Shown here: piece after piece, positions 39,104-49,342 of the stretch
How positions within the stretch are numbered: position 1 is the first letter of the stretch
Layout of the letters: every line of letters begins with the position of its first letter
Source of the DNA: a virus
IMG/VR virus record: IMGVR_UViG_3300023174_009221
Strand: one strand, 5' to 3'
Length of the DNA: 64,000 nt
The notes under the pieces: model-generated
Databases searched by the model: none
Told to the model about the DNA's origin: nothing
What the model saw: only the letters and a program-made list of their open reading frames with translations
Program-made: the position numbers and the translations under genes

Positions 39104-39979
39104 ATGTATTCAATCTTCCATGTAGAAGGAGGTATAGGAAAAAATATCTTAGCAACCTCTGTAATAGAATCACTCAAAAAATCAGATCCAGAAAGAGAAA
39201 TTATCGTAGTAACGGCCTGGCCTGCTGTTTGGTTCAACAATCCAAATATCTCTCAAATTTATCCACTTGGTCAAGTGGCTAACTTTTATAAAAAATTTAT
39301 TAAGAATCAAGATGTTAAAGTATTTAGACAAGACCCCTATCACACAGAAGACTATATTCTAAATAGAAAACACTTAATAAATATCTGGTGTGATTTGATT
39401 GGGGTAGAAAATAAATCACAAGGTCCAAATTTACACTTCTCACCACTTGAATTACAAAGTGTTCAATTAAAAATGTTAAGCGGTGCTCAAAAACCAATAT
39501 TCTTACTACACTCAAATGGCGGAGGCCAAAGTGGTAGACCTTACTCTTGGTACAGAGATATTCCAATTCAAAATTTACAAGATATTGTAGAATACTTTAA
39601 AAACGATTACCATATTTATCAAATTGGATATGAAAATCAACTAATGATAGAAGGGTGTCACAGATTAACATTAGACACTAGAGAAATTTTAGCAAGTGTT
39701 ATATTTTGTAGAAAAAGATTACTGATTGATTCCTTTTCTCAACACGCTGCTGCTGCGTTGGGTCAAAAATCAGTTGTGTGTTGGGTTGGAAATAAACCAG
39801 AAGTATTAGGTTACGCATCACATATTAATGTGGTTCCAAACATTGAGCCAAAATTTGATACGCTACACTCTTCGTATCTAGATGACGCTGATATCTCAGG
39901 AAATCCAATTCAATTTCCATACGATAGACTCAAAATCTTTGATTCAAATGAGATAATAAATAAATTAATAGAACTATGA
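39104..39979 (+). CDS. GT9/heptosyltransferase-like glycosyltransferase (start reassigned to ATG 39104)
   Basis: GGIGKNI, VWFNNP, IDSFSQHAAAALG..SVVCW. Confidence 0.75.
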   Translation: MYSIFHVEGGIGKNILATSVIESLKKSDPEREIIVVTAWPAVWFNNPNISQIYPLGQVANFYKKFIKNQDVKVFRQDPYHTEDYILNRKHLINIWCDLIGVENKSQGPNLHFSPLELQSVQLKMLSGAQKPIFLLHSNGGGQSGRPYSWYRDIPIQNLQDIVEYFKNDYHIYQIGYENQLMIEGCHRLTLDTREILASVIFCRKRLLIDSFSQHAAAALGQKSVVCWVGNKPEVLGYASHINVVPNIEPKFDTLHSSYLDDADISGNPIQFPYDRLKIFDSNEIINKLIEL

Positions 39980-40782
39980 GAGAAATTCATTTCATTAGTG
40001 GACTACCAAGAAGTGGCTCTACATTACTAACAAATGTTCTTTTACAAAATCCAAAATTTGCGACAACAGCAACTTCTTCTCTTTTAGAATTTCTTCTTCA
40101 AATTAGAGACAATTGGAATAAATTAGAAGGACATAAAGTTTATCCAGATGGACAAGATAAATGGTCAGTCATTAGATCAATAATGCAAAATTATCATAAA
40201 ACGGATAAGAATATTATTTTTGATAAAAACCGTGGATGGACTACACATATTGAGTTTGTAGAAAAAGTTACTGGTAAAAAACCAAAAATTATCGCGTGTG
40301 TAAGAAACTTAGAAGATATATGTTCATCTTTTGAGAAATTGTTTAGAAGAAATAGAGCCGATGGTGAGATACATGGTGAATTTTCAAATCCAAAAATGAA
40401 AACCATCGATGGTAGGGTTGAAGTTTGGGTTGCTGACGAAGGTGTTATAGGAAGACCGTATGTTTCATTACTCGATACTCTGCAACGCGGACTGGGTGAT
40501 AGAATTTTAATTTTTCCATACGAAGAATGGACAGCTAATCCCGAGATGTGGTTTAGAAAATTGTATGATTTTATTGGAGAAGATTATTTTCAACATGATT
40601 TTAATAATATAGTTCAAACCATTAGAGAAAATGACGCTGGTTATGGCTGGGGAGAAAATCTCCATGAATTAAGAACCGGTAAATTAGAATATTTAAAATC
40701 TGACGCCACAAAAATATTAGGAGATATTTGGCCAAAAAAACTACATAATACCGAATTTTGGAAAAAAATGAAAAAATCCTAA
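39976..40782 (+). CDS. Sulfotransferase
   Basis: 5'-PSB loop SGLPRSGSTLL, DKNRGW, VRNLEDICSSF (3'-PB). Confidence 0.9.
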   Translation: MREIHFISGLPRSGSTLLTNVLLQNPKFATTATSSLLEFLLQIRDNWNKLEGHKVYPDGQDKWSVIRSIMQNYHKTDKNIIFDKNRGWTTHIEFVEKVTGKKPKIIACVRNLEDICSSFEKLFRRNRADGEIHGEFSNPKMKTIDGRVEVWVADEGVIGRPYVSLLDTLQRGLGDRILIFPYEEWTANPEMWFRKLYDFIGEDYFQHDFNNIVQTIRENDAGYGWGENLHELRTGKLEYLKSDATKILGDIWPKKLHNTEFWKKMKKS

Positions 40783-40859
40783 CCCAAAGTTAGGATTTTT
40801 TTATTTTTTATTTTTTTTGAAATTAGACTTTTAATATATAAAAAAAATTAAATAAAATT

Positions 40860-43367
40860 ATGTCACTAATATTAAGGCAAGTAAAAGGTAGTAAATTGAC
40901 CATTCCTGAAATGGACGACAATCTCACCTACTTAGAAAGTTTAGCTCTTTCAAATAGCGGAAGCAATTACGCACAAACCGTAGGAACTCAGCAAGTTATA
41001 TCAGACGGTGATACAGGTACAGTTGTTAGTGTATCTATAACTGTAAACAACCACCCAGTATTAGTAACCGTAACAGGAGATGCTAATAATCTTGCAGCAG
41101 CTTCTTTCTGTAGATTACAGCTTTATAGAGATGGTGGTCCAATTGGAAATGTAGTTCAATGTGAATCATCTGCAGCAAATGAAAATGTTCCCTATTCGAT
41201 TTCTTATGTCGATGAACCAGGAACTGGAACATTTACTTATACATTAGAAGCAATCCAAGTTTCTGGAGGTAATTTCCAATTTGGTGAAGTTAATGGACCA
41301 GTTATTTCAGCAATTGAATTAGTAGTAGGAACTGGTTCTGGCTTTGAAGAAAACAACAATTCTGTAGTCGACTCAACTTATTCTAATACAAAAGGTGGTG
41401 AATATAACACTATTTGTTGTTCGTGCAATTCCACAATAATCGGTGGTAGTAATAATGAAATATTAGGAAGTTACTATAATTCTGTCTGTGACAGTGGAAT
41501 TTTCGGAGGACGTAATAACACCATCTGTGACTCGGAACAATCTGTAATTATTGGTGGATGTGATAATGAAATATGCACAAGTGATAATTATAATGCAATT
41601 ATAGCTGGATGTTATAATAGAATTTGCGGAGGTGTTGATTATTCAGCTATCGTAGCAGGTGCTTGTAACGTAATTTACGGTGATGCTGATGCTGATTACT
41701 CAGCTATTTTAGCAGGTTGTTACAACCAAAACTGTTACTCAGAATATGGTGTTATATTAGGAGGTGCTTGTAACCGTTTATTGGATAATAGTGATTACAG
41801 TGGAATTCTAGCTGGATGTTGCAACACAATTGAAAACGACTCTTGTAATAGTGCTATTGTAGCGGGTTGCTACAACTGTATTTGTGGGAATAATGATGCT
41901 TCTGCAATTTTAGCTGGTTGTGCAAACCGAATCTATAGTAATTCAGACCAATCTACATTAGTGGGTGGATCTTACAATCGTATTTATAACAATAGTCAAA
42001 ATTCATCAATTATTGCGGGTAGAGATGCTTGTATTCAAGATTATAGTTGCAACTCTACAATATTAGGAGGTTATGATAACTGTATAACTTGTAATTCTTG
42101 TAACTCGGCTATAATAGGTAGCTATGATAGTTGTATGTGTTTAAATGTTCAAGGTTCTTCAATTATATCAGGTGACGATCATTGTATGAGAGGTGGTTTT
42201 TCTTATTTCACATTAGTAACTGCACCATACACACAGTATTGCACTACAGGATTTGTATGTGCTAGTTCAATGTTAGCAGGTTGTGATAATAGAATCACAA
42301 ATGAAGTAAGAAACTCTGCGATAATAGGCGGTAGAAATAACGACATCTGTGGAACAGTTTGTCAATATGACCAATGTACTAGTTATACTTGTCAAACATG
42401 TAATTCAACAATTATTGGTTCAAAATCTACATTAATTCACAACTCTTGTAATAGTAGTATAATAGCAACAAGTGAAGGGGCTATACTTTGTTCTAATTAT
42501 TCATCAGTTATAAGTTCAAAAGGATATTACTACAACTGTTCATACATTGGAGGATCTGACAGGTCTACAATAATGTCATCATATCTGTCCAGAGTAATTA
42601 ATTCAAATCAAGCATCTGTAATATCGACATCAGATTATACTTGTATTTGTGATGGTAATTCAGTTGCAATAATCGCTGCTAATGAAGGATGTATCAACAA
42701 TTCAAGTAGATCTGCTATATTAGGTGGATATGATGGATGTATCAATAATTCTAACAATACATCAATTTTAGGCGGAACATACAATATTTTAGTAAATACT
42801 TACAACTCAAGTGTTATTGGGGGTTATGGTAACCACATATGTTGTAATTCAAATGACTCTTCAATTTTAGGTGGTAGAAATAATAGGATAAAAAATTACT
42901 CTAATAAATCTTCAATAGTTGGAGGTAGTTCTAACAGTATATGTAATAATTCTTCTTACTCATCAATTATAGGTGGTCAAAACAATCAAATTAAAGACTT
43001 TTCAAACTGTTCATCAATTATAGGTGGTGGTAGTCATATAATTACTTATGGCTCTAATTGCGCAGGTATCATAGGTGGTAGAAACAATACAATTAGCGAC
43101 TCACAATGGTCATCAGTGTTTGGAGCGGTTGACTCTTGCATTTGTGGTTCAACAGGTTCTATGATATTTGGTGGTAGCTGTAATGCTATTGTTAATACTG
43201 ATAATGTTATCTTAATTCCTACATTGACTACAGCTACTTTCTCTTCCGGTAATTTTGATAAGTGGAAACTTGGAAAAACAGCTTCTGGGGCTGTTAGTTT
43301 GGATGCAAATCAATACATAGAAGTAGAGATAAATGGTATCGTTTATAAGTTAGGAGTAGTATCTTAA
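40860..43367 (+). CDS. Cys-rich repeat tail-fibre-like protein
   Basis: N-terminal LILRQVKGSKLT.EMDDN; dozens of S(S/A)I(I/L)(G/A)GxxNxI repeats rich in Cys; late motif at 40833. Confidence 0.7.
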   Translation: MSLILRQVKGSKLTIPEMDDNLTYLESLALSNSGSNYAQTVGTQQVISDGDTGTVVSVSITVNNHPVLVTVTGDANNLAAASFCRLQLYRDGGPIGNVVQCESSAANENVPYSISYVDEPGTGTFTYTLEAIQVSGGNFQFGEVNGPVISAIELVVGTGSGFEENNNSVVDSTYSNTKGGEYNTICCSCNSTIIGGSNNEILGSYYNSVCDSGIFGGRNNTICDSEQSVIIGGCDNEICTSDNYNAIIAGCYNRICGGVDYSAIVAGACNVIYGDADADYSAILAGCYNQNCYSEYGVILGGACNRLLDNSDYSGILAGCCNTIENDSCNSAIVAGCYNCICGNNDASAILAGCANRIYSNSDQSTLVGGSYNRIYNNSQNSSIIAGRDACIQDYSCNSTILGGYDNCITCNSCNSAIIGSYDSCMCLNVQGSSIISGDDHCMRGGFSYFTLVTAPYTQYCTTGFVCASSMLAGCDNRITNEVRNSAIIGGRNNDICGTVCQYDQCTSYTCQTCNSTIIGSKSTLIHNSCNSSIIATSEGAILCSNYSSVISSKGYYYNCSYIGGSDRSTIMSSYLSRVINSNQASVISTSDYTCICDGNSVAIIAANEGCINNSSRSAILGGYDGCINNSNNTSILGGTYNILVNTYNSSVIGGYGNHICCNSNDSSILGGRNNRIKNYSNKSSIVGGSSNSICNNSSYSSIIGGQNNQIKDFSNCSSIIGGGSHIITYGSNCAGIIGGRNNTISDSQWSSVFGAVDSCICGSTGSMIFGGSCNAIVNTDNVILIPTLTTATFSSGNFDKWKLGKTASGAVSLDANQYIEVEINGIVYKLGVVS

Positions 43368-43383
43368 TAGATAAAAATATAAC

Positions 43384-43414
43384 AAAAAACCCAGTCAAAT
43401 GACTGGGTTTTTTT
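43384..43414. terminator. Bidirectional terminator, same stem as 21362-21394
   Basis: A6-CCCAGTC-AAAT-GACTGGG-T7. Confidence 0.85.
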
Positions 43415-44429
43415 ATTTGTTAAATCTTGAAAAAGCATTTTGAGAAATTACTTCAAATCTTACTTCTCCAACAAAATCTTTTAAGGTTCTACTATCTGTA
43501 TATGACATGGCAGAACGCAAATAATCGGTAAAGTTTTCAGTCCAACCAGATAGTTTAGAATCAACTTTATTATATTTAGTGATTCCTTCTCCGGTTTTTA
43601 ACTCAGCTCTGTTCCAAGATTTTTGAACTTCTTTAGTAGACATCCCTCTGTAATATTTATAGACTGGCATTCCAGCATCAAAAGCCTGGAGCGCTTTTGC
43701 AGAATCGACTTGATAATATTGATCTTGTGAGTCTTTCATAAAATTCTCACCACAACTTTCTAAACATTTATTAAAGATACCACCAAGCATTACATAGTCG
43801 GCACCAAGAGCCAAGGCTTTGATAATCTCTGAATAGTTCCTAAAACCACCATCTGCGATAATTTTTGTTGGACTATCATAAGCGGTTTTGAAGTAAGCAC
43901 ATTCTTCTATAAGAGATGCCATCGGATAATGTATGGAAACATTGGCAGAGGTCGTACAAGCCGAACCTCCACCAATACCCGCTCTTATATAATCGACGCC
44001 TATTTGACAATACTTAAGATAAGTATCCGGGTTGGCGATATTCCCTACCATTAACTCAATTTTGTCACCCCAAGTTTCTTTAATTAATTTAGCAGTATCA
44101 TAAAGCTTTTGCATATGTCCATTTGCGACATCAATCAGAACCTTTTTAGGCAGTGTGGATTTTTTATCCATAAGTTCAATTATTTCATCTAATCCATATG
44201 AATAAAAGTAGTTTTCATTTCTTAAATCTGAAAACTTTATATGACGAGGAAGACAGATATTAATATTATTACTTTGAAAATGTTGAATATTAGTATCGTC
44301 AATTACTTTGTCCATAGGTGCTGTGAATAGAGGAAGCATTCCACTATAAGTTGGTTCAATTTCTTTTCTTGAAGAAATGCTACTTAGTGATTCAGGGACA
44401 ATTGAGATGTCGTTCCAGTCGAATTTCAT
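43413..44429 (-). CDS. IMP dehydrogenase / GMP reductase family (no CBS domain)
   Basis: TAPMD, IDVANGH, GIGGGSACTT, IIADGG, KALALGADYVMLG, YRGMST. Confidence 0.9.
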   Translation of the reverse strand: MKFDWNDISIVPESLSSISSRKEIEPTYSGMLPLFTAPMDKVIDDTNIQHFQSNNINICLPRHIKFSDLRNENYFYSYGLDEIIELMDKKSTLPKKVLIDVANGHMQKLYDTAKLIKETWGDKIELMVGNIANPDTYLKYCQIGVDYIRAGIGGGSACTTSANVSIHYPMASLIEECAYFKTAYDSPTKIIADGGFRNYSEIIKALALGADYVMLGGIFNKCLESCGENFMKDSQDQYYQVDSAKALQAFDAGMPVYKYYRGMSTKEVQKSWNRAELKTGEGITKYNKVDSKLSGWTENFTDYLRSAMSYTDSRTLKDFVGEVRFEVISQNAFSRFNK

Positions 44430-44444
44430 AAAATTATTAGACTT

Positions 44445-44759
44445 TTAATAAAAAATATATCTATCGGATTCTTTAATACAATATACAGATATAGGATAAA
44501 GTCTGATTTCATTTTGGTTTTGTTCATCAATTAGAACTCTTAAAGTTCCGTCAATCACCTCGTCATTCAAAATTTTACAAGTTGTGTTGTTTAGACCACT
44601 GAAAATTGACCAATTGATATCATCTTCTGGTGTGATGGATAAAAAGTGTTGTTTACCAATTATTTTACCACCAAAACCATCTCTAAAATAAGCCTCTTCG
44701 ATAAGTGTTTGGATTTCTTCAGTTTTTGATAGCTCTACTTTGATTTCGTATTTTACCAT
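44445..44759 (-). CDS. Hypothetical protein
   Basis: 104-aa ORF. Confidence 0.65.
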   Translation of the reverse strand: MVKYEIKVELSKTEEIQTLIEEAYFRDGFGGKIIGKQHFLSITPEDDINWSIFSGLNNTTCKILNDEVIDGTLRVLIDEQNQNEIRLYPISVYCIKESDRYIFY

Positions 44760-44842
44760 TTTAATTAAGTTTATAATCTTATGTTCTATACCCTATGATT
44801 AAAAAGTTTATAAACTTTTAGACATAAATTTGTAAAACATCT

Positions 44843-45703
44843 ATGTCTATTACATACTACAACGAGTCTTTCGAAGGTTCTCAAAAATATATTACACCAG
44901 AATCAGTAGACCTTTTTTTCTTAGATCCACCTTACTTTATAAGTGGTAGGTCAAAAAATCCAGATTTAGAAACCGGAATTAGGCAAGATTGGGACTGTCA
45001 GTGGAAAAGTGTCGATGAATATAAAACCTGGACTAAATCATACCTACAATTAGCCTACAATCAGTTAAAACAGACAGGTTCAATCTATGTTTGTATTAGT
45101 TGGCAACATTCACCTATCATTCACCAGACTCTACAAGAAGTAGGATTTAATGTTATTAATAGAATTACCTGGAAAAGAGATAAAGGCAGAGGTGCTAATA
45201 AAAACTGGAAATCCATGCACGAAGATATTTTCTTTGCTACAAAAGATAAAAATAGTTGGACTTTTAACATAGATAATGTTAAAATTAAAAAGAATGTTGT
45301 AGCTCCATACCGAAATGCTGATGGCACACCAAAGGACTGGTGGGAAGATGAAGACGGAAATAAAGTTCGTTTAACTTATCCTGGAAACCTGTGGGATGAA
45401 TTTTGTGTTCCGTATTGGAGTATGATAGAAGTAAAGTCATATGCAAAGACCAAAAAAACCCCACAAAATACACTGATAAAACACAATACACAAAAACCAA
45501 AAGACTTAGTTAAAAGGGCTATTTTAGCTTCTTCTAACCCAGGAGACTTAGTATGTGATTATTTCTCTGGAAGCGGAACCACAGCCATTGCTTCAGAAGA
45601 ATTAGGTAGAAACTCAATTGTTTTTGATGTCAATAAAAACTGCATTGAAATGTTAAAAACAAGAATGCAAAATGAATTGACACGGTCCAATTTTAATATA
45701 TAG
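44843..45703 (+). CDS. DNA methyltransferase, beta class (N6A/N4C)
   Basis: DPPY, HNTQKP, DYFSGSGTT. Confidence 0.92.
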   Translation: MSITYYNESFEGSQKYITPESVDLFFLDPPYFISGRSKNPDLETGIRQDWDCQWKSVDEYKTWTKSYLQLAYNQLKQTGSIYVCISWQHSPIIHQTLQEVGFNVINRITWKRDKGRGANKNWKSMHEDIFFATKDKNSWTFNIDNVKIKKNVVAPYRNADGTPKDWWEDEDGNKVRLTYPGNLWDEFCVPYWSMIEVKSYAKTKKTPQNTLIKHNTQKPKDLVKRAILASSNPGDLVCDYFSGSGTTAIASEELGRNSIVFDVNKNCIEMLKTRMQNELTRSNFNI

Positions 45704-45706
45704 AGT

Positions 45707-45788
45707 GTAACCGGTGGACAAAAGTCCCTATTTAGGACCGGTATAGTTTTGGCTATAGAAAAAGGGGAATTCGCTACTCCCCTTTTTC
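45707..45788 (+). ncRNA. Candidate small structured RNA ending in a terminator hairpin
   Basis: AATATATA at 45695 with no ORF after it; ACCGGT/ACCGGT closing stem, GGAC/GTCC hairpins, TATAG/CTATA hairpin, 11-bp GAAAAAGGGGA/TCCCCTTTTTC stem. Confidence 0.4.
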
Positions 45789-45801
45789 GCTTTTATACAC
45801 C

Positions 45802-47481
45802 CTAAAAAGTTTGATTTTGTAATATCATTTCGAATTTGATTTTACCACAATCCCATATTTTATTTATATCTAACTTAGACTCTGATATACCAGTTCTTGA
45901 TTTTCTATATCTGGATTTATGTATTTTTTTATCACCAACAACATACTTATAATCAGGATTTGAGTTATGAACAACCATAAATTTCAATTTATTATATAAA
46001 GAGCCGTTTGACCAGGAATTGTCAGCGTAACTGATAATTCTTTTTGGTTGTCTAGTTGATATGAAATAAGACAATAATTTAGAGGCTCCGCCAATGACGT
46101 TGTGGTTTAACTTATTGCAAAATCTAGATAAATTCCAACCTCCTTCTTCCATTTTATTACGACCCTCAAAATAATCAAAAGTCATTATCGATACCAATTC
46201 ACCACCATAGAATAGACCAATTCTAATAATAGATTTATCACCGCCCTGTAAATGATTTTTTTCTAAAAACTTATTAGATAATTTACTGTCTAAAATTTCC
46301 TTTACTTCACATTTTCTAGCAAATATTTTATTTTTTATCAATCCTATAAAATTTGTAATCTGTGATTCCAATATGTCTCTCTTATAAACCCAATCATCTT
46401 CCCATATGTGTATAATTTGAATACCTCTGTTCCTAAAGTGATTAGTTTTATTTATATGATACCACTTACCCTTAAAGACCTCAGAATGCCAATAGATTCC
46501 ATTAAATTCAAATCCTATACCTAATTCTGGTAGATAGATATCTATTTCTAAACCATCTCTATAGTTTCTAATAACCTCACCACAATAGACTGACTTAATA
46601 AAATTCAACAATTCAGATTCTCTTAATGAAATCAATCCAGATATTGGGTTACAAATTGTACAGAGTGGAAGATTTAATTTATAACGATGATAATAGTTGT
46701 CATATTTTATCTCGAAGTTATGCCCCACGTCACATTTCAATAAGTAAAGAGAATTTGAAATATACTTTATAAAATTTGGATCTTTCAATATCAGAGTATT
46801 TTCTTTATCAACACCAGATGATTTATAGTTGTCTACTCCCCATCTCTCTATATTTGTTTTTTTAATTTTATTTTGTATTTCACTGGACATAACTGGGTGT
46901 GTGTATCCCCATCTTTCTAAGTTTGTTTTTCTGATTTTATCTTTGATTATCTCGGCCTGAAAAGGATTTGCCACACCCAGTCTGGATTTATTGACTTTTT
47001 CTTTTTTATCTTTGACCTGTTGTAACTTTGATGGGTTATCAACGCCCCATTTATTTAGAAATGTCTCCTTAAACTTTTTATTAATAAGTTCATAATCTAA
47101 ATATTTTTTTGATTTTTTTATTTTTTCTATTACTATCTCTGCCTTAGATGCATTATCTACGCCCCATTTGTGTAAACAAGTTTCTTTATAATTTTCTAAT
47201 TTTTGAGACACCAGTTCTGAGTCACTATTTGAGCATTTTTTTGAGCAATAAATTCTATAGCCCCTTTTATAGGATAAAAATTTTACTTTTGATTTACAAA
47301 CTTTACAAATACCCTCGTTGGCACTCAACAAATATATTTTTTCAGATATGCTACTTCCTGGTCTATTTTCTAGAAAATTATAAAGATTTGGTAGATTAAA
47401 AATTACCCACGACTCTTTAACGGAGTGTAGGTTTATCTTTTCCAAATAAATCAGATATTCTTCCTTTGTAACATCATTCAT
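45802..47481 (-). mobile_element. Free-standing putative homing endonuclease (Zn-ribbon, WGVDN repeats, Vsr-like nuclease, C-terminal domain)
   Basis: CKVC...YCSKKC, several KWGVDN-like repeats, EIDIYLPELGIGFEFNGIYWHS, HIWEDDW, NHLQG...LSRFC, IWDCG. Confidence 0.78.
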
Positions 47482-47582
47482 AATATATATATTATAATAA
47501 CATCTCTACCCGCGAAGAAATTGAAAAAGAGTATAAAACAAAACAGTATTTATATAATATATAACCTAAATAAAAATAATAA

Positions 47583-48542
47583 ATGAAAGAACACATACTA
47601 ACTGAAAATCCAAATCGTTTTGTACTTTTTCCACTAAAATATAATGATATCTGGGAACTTTATAAAACTGCTGAGCATTCATTTTGGACTGCCGAGGAAA
47701 TTGATTTAGTTCAGGATTTAACAGACTGGAATGAAAAATTAAATGACGATGAAAGACATTATATTAAACATGTTTTGGCTTTCTTCGCGGCCTCAGATGG
47801 AATAGTTAACGAAAACTTAGCCGAAAATTTTCTAAAAGAAGTCCAATATCCCGAGGCAAAATGTTTTTATGGTTTTCAAATAGCTATTGAAAATATCCAC
47901 TCTGAAACCTATTCTCTTTTAATTGATACTTATATCAAAGATTCATCTGAGAGGGACTATCTTTTTAATGCTATTCAAACAGTTCCAGCTGTCACTAAAA
48001 AAGCACAGTGGGCTCTTAAATGGATTAGTTCAGAATCTTTTGCTGAAAGAATAATTGCTTTTGCGGCAGTGGAAGGAATTTTCTTTTCTGGTTCTTTCTG
48101 TGCGATTTTCTGGTTAAAGAAAAGAGGTCTGATGCCGGGTCTTACATTCTCTAATGAGTTAATTTCAAGAGATGAGGGTCTTCATTGTATGTTTGCCTGT
48201 TTACTACACAACAAACACATTCAAGCTAAAGTCACCGAAGAAAGAATCAAAGAGATTATCTGCGAAGCTGTAGAAATTGAAAAAGAATTCATCACAGATT
48301 CTCTTCCAGTCGCACTGATTGGAATGAATGCAAAACTTATGCAACAATACATTGAATATGTTGCAGATTTTTGGCTTACCGAACTTGGTTGTCAAAAAGT
48401 TTACGGAGTTGAAAATCCATTTGATTTTATGGAAATGCTATCTTTACAAAATAAATCAAACTTTTTTGAAAAGAGGACCTCTGAATATCAAAAAACATCA
48501 GATAGAACAATTGATTTTGAAAATCTCGATGAGGATTTTTAA
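47583..48542 (+). CDS. nrdB: Ribonucleotide reductase class Ia beta subunit
   Basis: [53 protein letters not shown]. Confidence 0.96.
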   Translation: MKEHILTENPNRFVLFPLKYNDIWELYKTAEHSFWTAEEIDLVQDLTDWNEKLNDDERHYIKHVLAFFAASDGIVNENLAENFLKEVQYPEAKCFYGFQIAIENIHSETYSLLIDTYIKDSSERDYLFNAIQTVPAVTKKAQWALKWISSESFAERIIAFAAVEGIFFSGSFCAIFWLKKRGLMPGLTFSNELISRDEGLHCMFACLLHNKHIQAKVTEERIKEIICEAVEIEKEFITDSLPVALIGMNAKLMQQYIEYVADFWLTELGCQKVYGVENPFDFMEMLSLQNKSNFFEKRTSEYQKTSDRTIDFENLDEDF

Positions 48543-48566
48543 CTGTTTTTTTCTTTTTTTTTGTTT

Positions 48567-48594
48567 AACCCACTTAATTTTAAGTGGGTTTTTT
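48567..48594 (+). terminator. Intrinsic terminator after nrdB
   Basis: AACCCACTTA-loop-TAAGTGGGTT-TTTT. Confidence 0.75.
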
Positions 48595-48610
48595 ATTTAA
48601 TATATACGAT

Positions 48611-48898
48611 ATGAAGATATTAAAATTTGCAGAGTTTGAATTAAACGAGTCTTTACCACGTAAAAAGACTGTCGATCAGTGGAATAAACTTAGAAGGATG
48701 ACAAAAGGTGTCGATATAGGTGACCGTATATCTGACTTAAACAAACAGGGAGCAAATATCCAATATTATCAGAATCCAGTAGATACTGGGATTGAATCAT
48801 ATGAAGATTATGAAGAGCATAATAAAAAGTTTGTTCCAAGTTGGAACTTAAAAGGAATGTTGTCTCCGTTTTCTGGTGAAGGGAAAAAGAAGTCATAA
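48611..48898 (+). CDS. Hypothetical protein with capsid leader (start reassigned)
   Basis: MKILKFAEFELNES; AATATATA at 48599. Confidence 0.7.
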   Translation: MKILKFAEFELNESLPRKKTVDQWNKLRRMTKGVDIGDRISDLNKQGANIQYYQNPVDTGIESYEDYEEHNKKFVPSWNLKGMLSPFSGEGKKKS

Positions 48899-48937
48899 AA
48901 AGATATAAATAATTCCGATTGATTTAATATATACTAA

Positions 48938-49342
48938 GTGAAATACATTAAAATATTTGAGAATTTTCTTACTACATCAGAGATAGAATCTATCTTTTGG
49001 GACTTAAAAGACAATGGATTTACTATTGATATTCACGATTTTAAAAATATTGACCAATATCTAATTGGAATAAAAAAGTTTGAAGGTTACTTAAGACCAT
49101 TTTTGATAGACTCTGAAATCATCAGTTCTATTTTAACTTTGGAAAGTTTCGCAGAGGAGCAAGGATTCAAAATTTCTAACATTTCAATAAATCATCCCTA
49201 TCATAAACAAAGTTCAAGAGACGTCACCATTTCAGATGGGGCTTTTTTTGTCAAAAGTGTGTATGGTCCACCTTTTCAACCAGAAAGGGTAAAAGTCGAA
49301 GATAAAGTTATGTGGATATCTATAAAATTAGAGAAAATGTGA
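48938..49342 (+). CDS. Hypothetical protein with capsid leader
   Basis: MKYIKIFENF; AATATATA at 48926. Confidence 0.7.
   Translation: MKYIKIFENFLTTSEIESIFWDLKDNGFTIDIHDFKNIDQYLIGIKKFEGYLRPFLIDSEIISSILTLESFAEEQGFKISNISINHPYHKQSSRDVTISDGAFFVKSVYGPPFQPERVKVEDKVMWISIKLEKM

Noticed and set aside
41400-43200. Possible CRISPR array or DNA tandem repeat
   Set aside because: Repeats are degenerate and only at the protein level, inside one ORF
45758-45788. yybP-ykoY (Mn) riboswitch suggested by GGGGAGTAGC on the minus strand
   Set aside because: The motif is locked in a simple hairpin at a gene 3' end; no other riboswitch elements or downstream gene
45802-47481. IscB/TnpB-type RNA-guided nuclease
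   Set aside because: No RuvC or HNH motifs; it matches a Vsr-like phage endonuclease architecture
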